DNA of 64,000 nucleotides from a virus (Duplodnaviria; Caudoviricetes): IMG/VR virus record IMGVR_UViG_3300042922_001473; one strand, 5' to 3'. Shown piece by piece: positions 39,120 to 49,351 of this stretch (position 1 is its first letter; each line of letters starts with the position of its first letter). The notes under the pieces were generated by a model. It saw only the letters and a program-made list of their open reading frames with translations, ran no database searches and was not told where the DNA came from. The position numbers and the translations under genes were made by a program.

Positions 39120-39836
39120 TTGAAAAATTTATTTGACATGATAATTGACAACAAGCAAATTGAATTAAGAGACATAACTACAATTGATGATTATATAAAA
39201 ATTATTTGTAGCAATAATTTAAAATCTATTCAAGGCTATAATATAGTTAATAAATTTCCATTTAATGATGATTTCTCAAATATATATTATACATATTTAA
39301 TAAATTATTTTTCATTGTATAAAGAAGATATATGTAATTATATATTAAAGCAAAATCATTCTGAACAAATATTTGAATCCGAAATAGTAATGCCAGATAA
39401 TGAATCTTATATAAGATATTTATTTCCAGTAAAAAATGCGAAAGAGCTTATTTCTAAAAATAAAATACCTGCTAAAAAAATGTTAACGAGTGAACTTTAT
39501 GAATTTTCAAAAATTGCTGACATAACTAATAAAAAATCTAACAACAATAGTCCTGTTGTATTATTAGAATATCCATATGCTTATCCTGGATTTTTTGTAA
39601 TTGACGGTAATCATAGAGTTTATAAAGCAATATGTAATAATATTAAAGAATTAGAAGTTTATTTAATGCCTTCAAATGGGTTATACTTATTATCATTATC
39701 TCAGTTTTTTAACCTTTTGTATCAAGTTCATTCAAATTTAAGTGAAATAATGCTATATATGCGAGGATTTATTTCTATAAATACATTAAAAGCTAATTAT
39801 AATCAAATTTCTACAGAATCGTTTAAAGTGACATAG
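39120..39836 (+). CDS. ParB/Srx N-terminal-like domain protein
   Basis: PVVLL...FFVIDGNHRVYKA. Confidence 0.7.
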   Translation: MKNLFDMIIDNKQIELRDITTIDDYIKIICSNNLKSIQGYNIVNKFPFNDDFSNIYYTYLINYFSLYKEDICNYILKQNHSEQIFESEIVMPDNESYIRYLFPVKNAKELISKNKIPAKKMLTSELYEFSKIADITNKKSNNNSPVVLLEYPYAYPGFFVIDGNHRVYKAICNNIKELEVYLMPSNGLYLLSLSQFFNLLYQVHSNLSEIMLYMRGFISINTLKANYNQISTESFKVT

Positions 39837-39960
39837 TGCCATAATACAACAACTTCTAATTTTGAAAAACAAAAATCACATTCAGATTGTTTACTTAGTG
39901 AATTATTTCGATATAGCAATCAAAAAAATACACCCACTTAAAAGGTGTATTTTTAAATTA

Positions 39961-40544
39961 TTATTCTACTTCTGCTTCAATATCTTCAAATTTTCCATCA
40001 AATTTTACATAAACAACTGGTGTAGGAACTTTATCTCCTTCAAGTCCTACTACTATATCCGCAACTGTTTCTCCGAAATATTTGCTAAGAACATTCATTG
40101 CTACTTCACTATCACTATTAAATGACTCAACTTCAATATCTAATTCTTCTTCATTATCGAAGTTTACCCAATACCCGTCATGTCCATCAAAATCAAATGT
40201 AAATATTTCACCAAATTTATCAGCGTGTATTGTATATAGCTCTTCAAAAGATATTGTCACAATGAAGTCTTTATCAAATGAAAAACGCTCACAATGGTCT
40301 GTCATAGAAGTAATTTCAAATTCATTGTTAAATTCTTCAGCACTAATAATTCTATCTCTATTTTCACTATCTTTGTCACTATTCCCTATGTGTACAGAAA
40401 CAGTCCCGTTAGCTAATGCAGAAGCCACTCCTGTCATATTGTAAGTTTTTCATTTACAAAAATCCAGTTATAACATTCATTTTTTTTCTTATTTTCTGTC
40501 ATTGCGAAAGTTTCAGCCTTTATTAAAATCTCATAATTGTTCAT
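39961..40544 (-). CDS. Acidic hypothetical protein with a probable 1-nt frameshift near 40448
   Basis: AAGGCAGG-ATG 40544 frame ends at TGA overlapping the tracked ATG 40437. Confidence 0.6.
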
Positions 40545-40884
40545 AATTTACCTGCCTTATTATTTTTTTAGTAAATAAAGTTAGTCAGATTTGAAATCCT
40601 TATTTATAAACTTTATTTATTTTATTTATATTTTCTTTAAACTATTACTTTCTTAATTCAATATATATAATAAGGAGATTAAAGCTAAATAATATTAAAA
40701 GCACAAGATTTGCTGTCTTGTGCTTTTAACTAATTATTTAATTCATACATTAATAATAATATAATATCCAATCATGACTTAATTGATTTACTAATTTTTA
40801 ATAATATCAGCTATTGTTAAATCTAATCTTCATCAATTACTTCTCTTTAGCAATTACTTTTATGGACTTTTCTTTTCCCTTTTT

Positions 40885-41121
40885 TTATATTATCTTAATT
40901 TCATCCTCTCCATATACAACACCTAATGTACTACCATTCTCCCAATTAATAAATATAGTACCGATATCATCAATGTGACTTACTATACCTTTTAATCCTG
41001 GTGGCATTTTTCGATAAGCATCTTCCATTTTAACTAATTCGACTTTTGTACCTTTGGGATATTTTGTTTTTAGCATATTTAAAATATTTTTTCTTTCCTT
41101 GTCCTTCATTAATAAATCCAT
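40885..41121 (-). CDS. DUF4314 family protein
   Basis: YPKGTKVELVKMED....PPGLKG.V..IDDIGTIF.NWENGSTLGV.YGED. Confidence 0.9.
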   Translation of the reverse strand: MDLLMKDKERKNILNMLKTKYPKGTKVELVKMEDAYRKMPPGLKGIVSHIDDIGTIFINWENGSTLGVVYGEDEIKII

Positions 41122-41469
41122 ATTATCCTCCTATATATTTAATTCTATTCGAATTAACTTTTTTCTAAATTTCTTTATTATATGCAACTTCTAATCATAG
41201 CATAAATGTTATTTAAGTTATAGTAAAGAATTTTTCATATAGATAGAGTTTTTATATATGAATTTAAAAAAATAAAAAATAGACAGCATTTACTGTCTAT
41301 TACCCCTAATATTTAGCTTCACTACGTCACCAAAACTAATTAATATTTATCTTCCCTTTTTGTATTATAGGTTAGAAAAACATGTAATTCAACGTTTTTA
41401 TTGCTTTATTGCCCATTCGGTCTTTTTCATTGTTCGAGTGGTAAATTTATTTATTAGTATATTTTTTTA

Positions 41470-42042
41470 TTAGTTTGAACTGTATAATTTATACTCAAAA
41501 AGGTTTTCTATGCTTATATATTTTACTGTTCCATACTGAAACCATAACTTTACACATAAATAAAAGTCGATACTACTTCCAAATGAGTTTAGCAAAACTA
41601 TAATAAAAGATATTTGATTCAAACTATAGAATCTAATTCCTAATATAGTAAACAATAAATTAACTAAAATGTATGGGGCAATAAGTATTATTGTAATTTG
41701 ATTTTTAGAATATATTACTTCTCTATTAGATTGAAAAGTTATCAAAGCACCGTCTTTATATACAAATTTAATATTAGCTTTGCCATTCCCATATATGTTA
41801 AATAAATAAGCATGAATTGATTCATGGATTATTAAATGTATTATTAATAGAGTTATACACATAACAACATTAAATATTAATCTTTCAGGAATATACATAA
41901 GTCCCTTTAATGGTATTATTGTTATGTATCCTAAATAAGCAAGCAAAACAGGTATTATACTTAAAATTAATACCTGCTTTTTATTTATATCATCTTTTCC
42001 AATTGTTGTTACTTTTAGATTTTTAAAGTTGGAGTTTTTCAT
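41470..42042 (-). CDS. DUF3267-like membrane zincin peptidase
   Basis: IHESIH in TM context, IAPY, N.FGS..DF. Confidence 0.8.
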   Translation of the reverse strand: MKNSNFKNLKVTTIGKDDINKKQVLILSIIPVLLAYLGYITIIPLKGLMYIPERLIFNVVMCITLLIIHLIIHESIHAYLFNIYGNGKANIKFVYKDGALITFQSNREVIYSKNQITIILIAPYILVNLLFTILGIRFYSLNQISFIIVLLNSFGSSIDFYLCVKLWFQYGTVKYISIENLFEYKLYSSN

Positions 42043-42304
42043 AAATTGTTTTTACCTTTCCATAGAAAAATATTATATCTTTTTATTGTATTCTAAACAA
42101 TAACAGTGCCCAATAAGTTGATGCGTTTTACAGAAGCGAAGCAGGAGGCTTTAAATTAAGCTATAATCCTTTGTTTTAATTCCACAGAAGAATCTCTTTA
42201 TCGTTTTTATTGGTGCGTAAAATACTACTTTCCTTGTCCCATTAAAACTTGTAATAGAATTTTATATATTAAATATATGGATAACTACTGTTGCGATTAT
42301 TATA

Positions 42305-44260
42305 TTATACACATGAATCTATAACAAATAATCCATCACTTAATTCATCAAGAAATAAAGAAGTTGATAATGATTTGTACATTTGTGTCATAAATCCAAT
42401 ATCAGACATATGCAAATACTTCCTTGCTCTTGTCACTCCTACATAAAACAATCTTCTCTCCTCTTTTAAGTCTTCTGGTAATATAGACCTGCTACTTGGG
42501 AATACTTCATCATTTAGATATGGCATAAAGACACAATCCCATTCCAAACCTTTTGCTTTATGGATAGTTGAAATAACAACCTTATTATCGTCTTCTTCTT
42601 CACTTTCATTTACTTCTTGTTCATCAAGTATCATTTCGCTTAAAAATAATGTTAAATCTTCATATTGTTTAGATATGCTAACTAAATATTCAATATCTTT
42701 CATTCTATCTGAATAATCTTCTTCCGTTCTTTTTAAATAATCATCATAGAATTTAAAAAGAATAGTAGATAACATTGCGTGAATATCAGTTTTATTAGCA
42801 TAAATATCTCTTAATAATTCAACCACCATATTAAATCCTGGTATAGCTCTACTTGTCAATTTAACTTTGTTAATATCTAAAGAGTTTATATCATAATCAC
42901 TACTTTTATAATGATTAAATATTTTCTCAATTGTCTTTTCCCCTAATCCATCAAACATTCCAAACATTCTAAGAAATGCACTTTCGTCTTGTGGGTTTTC
43001 AATAAAAGTAAGGAAACTTAATAAATCTTTTATATGTTTTCTTTCAAAAAATGAAAATCCAGATAATAATTTATACGGTATAGCGTATTTTCTAAATGTT
43101 TTTTCGAGTATTCTTGTAAGGTAATTTGCCCTTATAAGAATGGCAATATCTTTATATGTCATACCATCCTTTATATGAGATTTTATTTTTTTTACAATGT
43201 ACTCAGCTTGTTCAATATCATCAAAAGCTTTAAAAAAAGTAGGTTTATTTTTAGCTTTTAAATACGGTGTTATTTTTGTTTTGTTTATACTACAAATATA
43301 ATTGCGATTTATTGAGTCTTCTGCAAGTTTTAATATGTATGCATCTGAACGATAATTATAGGTAATATTAAATTTTTGATTATTCTTAAAGTTTCTATGA
43401 AAATCTTCAATATAACTAACATTAGAGCCTCTCCATGAATAAATCGCCTGATTAGGGTCTCCAACAGCAAACAAAGTATGATTTCCTTTATTTAATAGAC
43501 AAAGTATTTCATATTGCAAGTGGTTCGTATCTTGAAATTCATCACAAAGAACATATTTAAATTGAGAGTTGATTCTTTTTCTAATATTATCAATTAACAA
43601 TATTTCTTTAAAGTTTACAAGCAAATCATCAAAATCCATTGCGTTTGAATCTTTTTTCTTTTTCTTATATTCCTCAATTATTTCTTCAATACCTGACATT
43701 ACTTCTTTAGTAAAATTTCTTTCATCTCTATTTAATTGGTCATACGATTTATCAAGATTTATAGCACTTGAATAAAAAGCATAAATTATTTTTGTTTCAG
43801 GAAATTCACTTTTTTTAATTGAGTGTTCTTTTAAATATTTATTTCTACACTCTGTAATAAGAGATTTTGCATCATCAGGAGTTAAAATCGAATAATTTCT
43901 TCCAAACCCAATAACTTGTGCATATTTTCTTAAAAACAATCCTGCAATATGATGAAATGTTCCAGCCAACACTCCTACTTTTTCTTTTTGAAGAAGTTCT
44001 TTTACTCTCTCTATCATTTCATTGCCAGCTTTTTTTGTAAAAGTAAGAAGCATAATGTTATTTTCTTGTACCCCTTTTGATATTAATTGAGCTACTCTAT
44101 GTGTTAATACTCTTGTTTTTCCTGAACCTGCACCTGCATTTACACATGTGTCGCTATCTTCTGCCAAAACAGCTTCTACTTGGTCATCGTCTAAATTATT
44201 GGTCAATTTATATATATCAATCCTATTATTTTCATTTAGAATGCTTTTATCTGTTGACAT
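42305..44260 (-). CDS. UvrD/PcrA family SF1A helicase
   Basis: AGAGSGKT, TFT.KA, DEFQD, VGDPNQAIYSWRG, NYRS, TIHKAKGLEW, EERRLFYVGVTRA. Confidence 0.96.
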   Translation of the reverse strand: MSTDKSILNENNRIDIYKLTNNLDDDQVEAVLAEDSDTCVNAGAGSGKTRVLTHRVAQLISKGVQENNIMLLTFTKKAGNEMIERVKELLQKEKVGVLAGTFHHIAGLFLRKYAQVIGFGRNYSILTPDDAKSLITECRNKYLKEHSIKKSEFPETKIIYAFYSSAINLDKSYDQLNRDERNFTKEVMSGIEEIIEEYKKKKKDSNAMDFDDLLVNFKEILLIDNIRKRINSQFKYVLCDEFQDTNHLQYEILCLLNKGNHTLFAVGDPNQAIYSWRGSNVSYIEDFHRNFKNNQKFNITYNYRSDAYILKLAEDSINRNYICSINKTKITPYLKAKNKPTFFKAFDDIEQAEYIVKKIKSHIKDGMTYKDIAILIRANYLTRILEKTFRKYAIPYKLLSGFSFFERKHIKDLLSFLTFIENPQDESAFLRMFGMFDGLGEKTIEKIFNHYKSSDYDINSLDINKVKLTSRAIPGFNMVVELLRDIYANKTDIHAMLSTILFKFYDDYLKRTEEDYSDRMKDIEYLVSISKQYEDLTLFLSEMILDEQEVNESEEEDDNKVVISTIHKAKGLEWDCVFMPYLNDEVFPSSRSILPEDLKEERRLFYVGVTRARKYLHMSDIGFMTQMYKSLSTSLFLDELSDGLFVIDSCV

Positions 44261-44296
44261 GTTACCCTCCCCTGATTTTTATATTGTTTATATTTA

Positions 44297-44325
44297 ATTA
44301 TATATTATATGTTGACTATAATCAA
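44297..44325 (-). promoter_or_regulatory. Sigma-A promoter with operator TTGATTATAGTCAA
   Basis: TTGATT(44325)-17 bp-TATAAT(44302). Confidence 0.8.
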
Positions 44326-44393
44326 CTGTTATTTTACTAAATAAAAAACCCGATTAACATATTAAATGTAATTCGGGTCTTTTTATTCTGTTT

Positions 44394-44564
44394 TTAATTT
44401 ATTTCTTTATGGTGTAATTTAGTATAGCCATTGTCATTTGTCACAGCATATACATAGACATCTTTATCATATGTTTCAGTTGTAATAACTTTAGTTACTT
44501 CACCTGTCTCTTTAACGATAATTTCATCGTTATTATGCAATTTTTTAGCATTTTTATAATCCAT
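44394..44564 (-). CDS. 56-aa hypothetical protein (absent from track)
   Basis: AAGGAG RBS; MDYKNAKKLHNNDEIIVKETGE... Confidence 0.7.
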   Translation of the reverse strand: MDYKNAKKLHNNDEIIVKETGEVTKVITTETYDKDVYVYAVTNDNGYTKLHHKEIN

Positions 44565-44591
44565 AATTATCTCCTTTTTTATATTACCCTA

Positions 44592-45023
44592 TTAGAGTTT
44601 TAATGATTTGATAAAATCTATTTGTTCCTTACTCCATGTATTGTATATTTCTTCAACATCACCTGTCTCAAATAGGTTTTTGTTTGTTTCCTCCATGGTA
44701 ATAACCCACTCAGACAGTGCTTCATCAACTGAATTATAGAGTCTATATCCTTTATCTTTATTGAATTCTTTAACAGTACTGTCAGCACAAATTTCATATT
44801 TATACTCATAATATTCTAATACCTCTTTTAATAAATCTACCTTATTCATAGTTATCTCCTTAAAATTATTTCTTGTTATATGATACAAAGGATTTATGTT
44901 TTTGTTATTACTATCAATTTCTTTTTGTATTAAAGTCTCAATTTCAGTTTGTGACAAATCACTAAATGTCATTGTCCCATAATAAACACCATCATTATAA
45001 AATATATCGTATCTTTTTTTAAT
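44592..45023 (-). CDS. Hypothetical protein(s): probable ATT start at 45023 and a second internal RBS+ATG at 44849
   Basis: AAGGAGTG 7 nt before in-frame ATT (IKKRYDIFYNDGVYYGTM...); AAGGAG before ATG 44849. Confidence 0.55.
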   Translation of the reverse strand: MKKRYDIFYNDGVYYGTMTFSDLSQTEIETLIQKEIDSNNKNINPLYHITRNNFKEITMNKVDLLKEVLEYYEYKYEICADSTVKEFNKDKGYRLYNSVDEALSEWVITMEETNKNLFETGDVEEIYNTWSKEQIDFIKSLKL

Positions 45024-45082
45024 TTTAATTCACTCCTTACTAATTTTATTAGAAATCTAATACCTTGTTTGTATATTTCTTT

Positions 45083-45670
45083 TTAAACCTGCTCTATAAG
45101 TGCTTCAATAAAATCTTTAGCTCTTGATAATGCATATTTTCTGTCTAATGGTTCATCATCATAGCAAATTGTAAATACCTTATCAATTTCCTTTGGAACT
45201 CTATACGCAATACCATCTTTCGGTTTCCAAAATGTAACCCAGTATTCGTAATTATTATACCCATCTGTATTTTTTCTGTACTCAATGCAGTCTGAAATTT
45301 TAACAGCATGACACATTCCAATACCAAAAAAATTATCTTTTGTTAATTGACCTGTAGCATAATAATTATCAACAGCTTTTTCTGGTCCAAAACATGTAGT
45401 ATAATTATAAGTCAATTCTTTTTCCATATCATTAATATAACTTCTATTTTCAAGTTCTTTTAAATTCCTTCGGCATCCATAAAACATTGTCCAATTTTTA
45501 GGGTGGTCTAATTCAGGATTTGAAATCATAATGGGTATATCCTGGTCTCCATTTTTTCTTATTTCAATCCATGCATTTTTGCCTGCATCAATAGCTGATA
45601 ATAGTCCTACCATTGCCTCTGTATAATCCTCTGTAGCCTTTGTCCAAGCAGTATTAATATTATTTTTCAT
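45083..45670 (-). CDS. Hypothetical protein
   Basis: AAGGAG RBS, 195 aa. Confidence 0.75.
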   Translation of the reverse strand: MKNNINTAWTKATEDYTEAMVGLLSAIDAGKNAWIEIRKNGDQDIPIMISNPELDHPKNWTMFYGCRRNLKELENRSYINDMEKELTYNYTTCFGPEKAVDNYYATGQLTKDNFFGIGMCHAVKISDCIEYRKNTDGYNNYEYWVTFWKPKDGIAYRVPKEIDKVFTICYDDEPLDRKYALSRAKDFIEALIEQV

Positions 45671-45939
45671 ATATAAAATCTCCTTTTAAATTTAATTATG
45701 CATTTACTGTTTTTTATGTTTTCTTTATTATAGTTAAATTTTGAATGATAAATAACTAAACACCTTTCTCCAAAATCGAGTAACTAATTATGCCTATAAG
45801 AAAAAATGTATGAATTACCAATATTGTGTTATCCATAAATGGTTTTCATTAATTAATACTTTGAAGAATATAATAATAAAAATTAAAGAAATAGGAATTT
45901 ATATAAAATTATTAAAACATGATAAAGACGGAGGCTAAA

Positions 45940-46122
45940 ATGTTTGATGAATCAAAGTGTAATAATTGTTGGTGCAAAAATTGTAATTATGACTATGGAT
46001 TAGATGTAAGTGAATTCTCTTGCTTATGTAAAAACAGAGCAGATAGAGGTTGTTTTAGATGCAAAGAGAATAATGTAAATAATGTTGTAAATCAGAATAA
46101 AAACTGTGTACAGCGAGCTTAA
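45940..46122 (+). CDS. Small Cys-rich protein
   Basis: GGAGG then ATG 45940; CNNCWCKNC..CLC..CFRC..C. Confidence 0.6.
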   Translation: MFDESKCNNCWCKNCNYDYGLDVSEFSCLCKNRADRGCFRCKENNVNNVVNQNKNCVQRA

Positions 46123-46159
46123 AAAAAGAGAAAGTGAAAATTCACCTTCTCTTTTTTTG

Positions 46160-48856
46160 TTATGCAGTTTGTTTTACATAATCAATTCTTTGTATGCCTT
46201 CAAGTTCTGTAACAAAACCCATACAACTATTTACTTTTCTTCCTCCACCATACGAGCTATAAGTTATATATAATTCACTTTTAGCCCTGGTGATTGAAAC
46301 GAATAATAATCTTCTTTCTTCGTCACGTTCTTTATCTCTAATTTGAGTTCCTGTATACTTGTATTTATTTATTGTATTAATTACAACATCAAATTCTTTA
46401 CCTTTTGAGCTATGAGCTGTCGTTAATACGACTGCTTTAAATTTAATATTGTTTACTTCTAAAGTTTTTTCATCTTTGTATAAAGCAAACTTTATCAAAT
46501 AGTTTATCAAACTATCGAATGATTTAAACTCTTTATCTCTTAATACCTTTGTGAACTCAGCCACAGCTTTATCTTTAGTAGCAATTGAAGCAATTGTTTT
46601 AAAGAAAAACTCTATCTTTTGTGCATCGGTAGTTAAAGCATAAAAAGTTTTTACGAAATTGTTTCTGTAATGACCTACAAAATCTTTTAATTCTAATGAA
46701 CTCATTTCTTTTATCGTATCATTTTTAAACATTAATAAATATTCTAAAAGATTAAGTTCTAACTCTGGATTATTTAAGAAGTTTGCAAAGGACAATATTA
46801 CTTGAATATTTTTATTATTAAGCAACAATTGTGTTACATCCATAACAGCAGGAATGTTTTTAGCGTCAAATATGTTTTTTATCTCAAGAAGTTCCTTCTT
46901 AGTTCTTGCAATTATTGCAATCTCTTCTGCTTTAACCCCTTGGTCTAATTTTTCTTTAACAATTTCAGCTATATTTTCATATTCTTCCTTCTTTTCAAAG
47001 TAATGAATCAACTTAGGAAGTTTTCCTGATGCTTTTCTACTTATCAAATCCTTATCTACTCTGTTTTTATTCTTTTGATTTAGCAAGTTTGCAGTTCTTA
47101 TGATTTCAGGTGTTGACCTAAAATTATCTACAAGGTTTATATCTTTAGCACTTTTGAAAAACTCATTAAAGTTTAATATAAACTCTTGAGACACATTTCT
47201 AAAACTAAATATTGATTGACTATCATCTCCAACTACCATTAAAGATTGAAATTTTCCTTGCTTTACAAGTAAGGTTATAATCTGCAACTGATTGTAGTCG
47301 GTATCCTGAAATTCATCTACCATTATATGCTCAACAGTGTATTTGCGTAAAGTTTCAGGGTAAGCTCTAAATATCTGCAAAGTATAGTTGATTTGGTCTT
47401 GATATTGAAGAAGTGAATTTTCTATCAGGTCTTCATTAAATATTTGATATAAATTCCAAACACCTTCAGCTACTATAACTGTACAATTAACATCCTTAGC
47501 AAATTCTTCGTAATTTAAGTAGTTATTAGCTTTGATTTTGTCAAAGTAACTATCTACAAGAACTACTGCACCTTTTGCATATGGTAAATTCATTAAAGGA
47601 TTTTTATAATCAAGTCCCTGTATTTTGGGATAACTTTCAAGCAATTGGAAAATAATATCATATCTTTCTACCTTTTCAGCTAATAGTGGTTTACTTTCAA
47701 ATCCAAGTTTCTCAAACTCTTCACTTATTATTCTCTCACCAAAACTATTGAATGTAAATATATTCATTTTATCCACATCAATATGCTCTAATTTAAAGTG
47801 TTTTAACCAATAAGAAACTTTTTCTTTGATTTCAACTGCACCCTTATTTGAGAATGTAATAAGTAAAATATTTTCAGGTTTTGTTCCTTTTTTAAATAAA
47901 TTTACAACTCTTAATGCCAATACAGATGTCTTCCCTGCACCAGCTCCTGCATTAATTCTTACGATACCACAATCAAACTGAACTGCTTTTTTCTGGTCTT
48001 CTGTAAGATGAATTGTTCCGTTAGGTGACTTTTCAATAACTTCTACAATATCTAATTCTGTTTCTGTCTTTTCTTCATAATAACAAATTTTTGAAAAACT
48101 ACATTTTTCGCAATTAGATTCATCACAAGTTTTTTCTGAATTAAAAGAAAGCTTTCTATTAAGTATTTCAAATATTTTGTTATCAATATACTTAATATAC
48201 GCTTCGTCTTCGTCAACTTCATTAACAAAATGATAATTAATTATGTTATAACCTTTTTTAAATTCAAATAGCTCTTGAAACTCCCTTGAATTATCTCCTT
48301 TACTCTGTAAGTGATAATAACTTGCTGTTACAGGTTTGTCTTTATATAATTCTTCACCTAATTTTTGAAGCATGTAAAGCTCAATGCTATATTTGGGATT
48401 AGTTTCATACTTTTGTCCTCTGTAAGATAATTTAGGTTCACCTTTTTTATATTTAACCACTTCAATTGTTCCTTTGTTTTCAAATATAATATCTGCTGAT
48501 ACTGTAATTTCATTTCCTTGATATTGTACAGCTTTTGTAATATTTTTCATTAAAACCTTTCGATTAAATAATTGTTCATATTCAAAATATCTTACAAGTT
48601 GTTTAGTCAAAAGTTCAATTTCAGCAATTTTTTCGTCTTTAGAAACGAACATGCTTTCATCAACAAGCTTTTCTAATGAAGCAGGTATTGTAGTTAAATC
48701 ACCATTTTTAATATCAAAATCTCTAATAAAATTTTTAATTACTATAGAGAGTTCATAATGTTTGTTTTTAAGAGATTTTAAATTTACGCCTTCTAAAAAA
48801 CCTCTAACTTTACATTTATCAATGCTCACTATATCCTTTAATTTTGCTTGTACCAT
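46160..48856 (-). CDS. UvrD-type helicase with N-terminal degenerate PD-(D/E)xK-like domain
   Basis: AGAGAGKT, DEFQD, VGDDSQSIF, NFRS, HSSKGKEF, EERRLLFVSITRA; N-terminal ADII..EVVKYKKG and CDESNCEKCSFSKIC. Confidence 0.9.
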   Translation of the reverse strand: MVQAKLKDIVSIDKCKVRGFLEGVNLKSLKNKHYELSIVIKNFIRDFDIKNGDLTTIPASLEKLVDESMFVSKDEKIAEIELLTKQLVRYFEYEQLFNRKVLMKNITKAVQYQGNEITVSADIIFENKGTIEVVKYKKGEPKLSYRGQKYETNPKYSIELYMLQKLGEELYKDKPVTASYYHLQSKGDNSREFQELFEFKKGYNIINYHFVNEVDEDEAYIKYIDNKIFEILNRKLSFNSEKTCDESNCEKCSFSKICYYEEKTETELDIVEVIEKSPNGTIHLTEDQKKAVQFDCGIVRINAGAGAGKTSVLALRVVNLFKKGTKPENILLITFSNKGAVEIKEKVSYWLKHFKLEHIDVDKMNIFTFNSFGERIISEEFEKLGFESKPLLAEKVERYDIIFQLLESYPKIQGLDYKNPLMNLPYAKGAVVLVDSYFDKIKANNYLNYEEFAKDVNCTVIVAEGVWNLYQIFNEDLIENSLLQYQDQINYTLQIFRAYPETLRKYTVEHIMVDEFQDTDYNQLQIITLLVKQGKFQSLMVVGDDSQSIFSFRNVSQEFILNFNEFFKSAKDINLVDNFRSTPEIIRTANLLNQKNKNRVDKDLISRKASGKLPKLIHYFEKKEEYENIAEIVKEKLDQGVKAEEIAIIARTKKELLEIKNIFDAKNIPAVMDVTQLLLNNKNIQVILSFANFLNNPELELNLLEYLLMFKNDTIKEMSSLELKDFVGHYRNNFVKTFYALTTDAQKIEFFFKTIASIATKDKAVAEFTKVLRDKEFKSFDSLINYLIKFALYKDEKTLEVNNIKFKAVVLTTAHSSKGKEFDVVINTINKYKYTGTQIRDKERDEERRLLFVSITRAKSELYITYSSYGGGRKVNSCMGFVTELEGIQRIDYVKQTA

Positions 48857-49020
48857 TTTGGCACTTCCTTTCACTATGTATTTTTTAAAAATCCTGTTTT
48901 ATATAAAATCTTTATATTATACTTTAAATAGCCTTCAATTATAAATAATAAGAATTATATCTGTTCAGTTATATTTGTATTAATCTGTCATTTTTTATTT
49001 ATATGGACTATAGTGTTTAC

Positions 49021-49049
49021 ATTATAACCGTATTGTTGTTTATAGTCAA
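49021..49049 (-). promoter_or_regulatory. Sigma-A promoter with operator TTGACTATAAACAA
   Basis: TTGACT(49049)-17 bp-TATAAT(49026); extra GACTATAGT core at ~49006. Confidence 0.8.
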
Positions 49050-49103
49050 TAGAGTAAAACTAAAAAAAGAAAAGCTGTTAACTTTTCTCTGTATTATATT
49101 CCT

Positions 49104-49325
49104 TTAATCTAATTCTTTAAAATACCCTTTATCAATGAAATCATAATAGTCCCATATAGGAATTTTAGAGCAATAATAATGGTCATCATACATTGAAACT
49201 GTTGATTCATTTTTTACAACTTCATACACTTCACTTTCTGTCCAGGTATATTCTGTAATTTTTTCATCAGTTGGATAGTCTATGCTTCTACCAAAATCAC
49301 ATAACGCCTCAATTTTAATTATCAC
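49104..49325 (-). CDS. Hypothetical protein
   Basis: GGAGGAG RBS. Confidence 0.65.
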   Translation of the reverse strand: MIIKIEALCDFGRSIDYPTDEKITEYTWTESEVYEVVKNESTVSMYDDHYYCSKIPIWDYYDFIDKGYFKELD

Positions 49326-49351
49326 TTAATCATCTCCTCCCTATATAATTA

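Noticed and set aside
9787-40544. Programmed frameshifting or phase variation at A/T runs (~9790, ~20541, ~23033, ~40448)
   Set aside because: Cannot be distinguished from homopolymer sequencing errors or ordinary decay without reads; no stimulatory elements seen.
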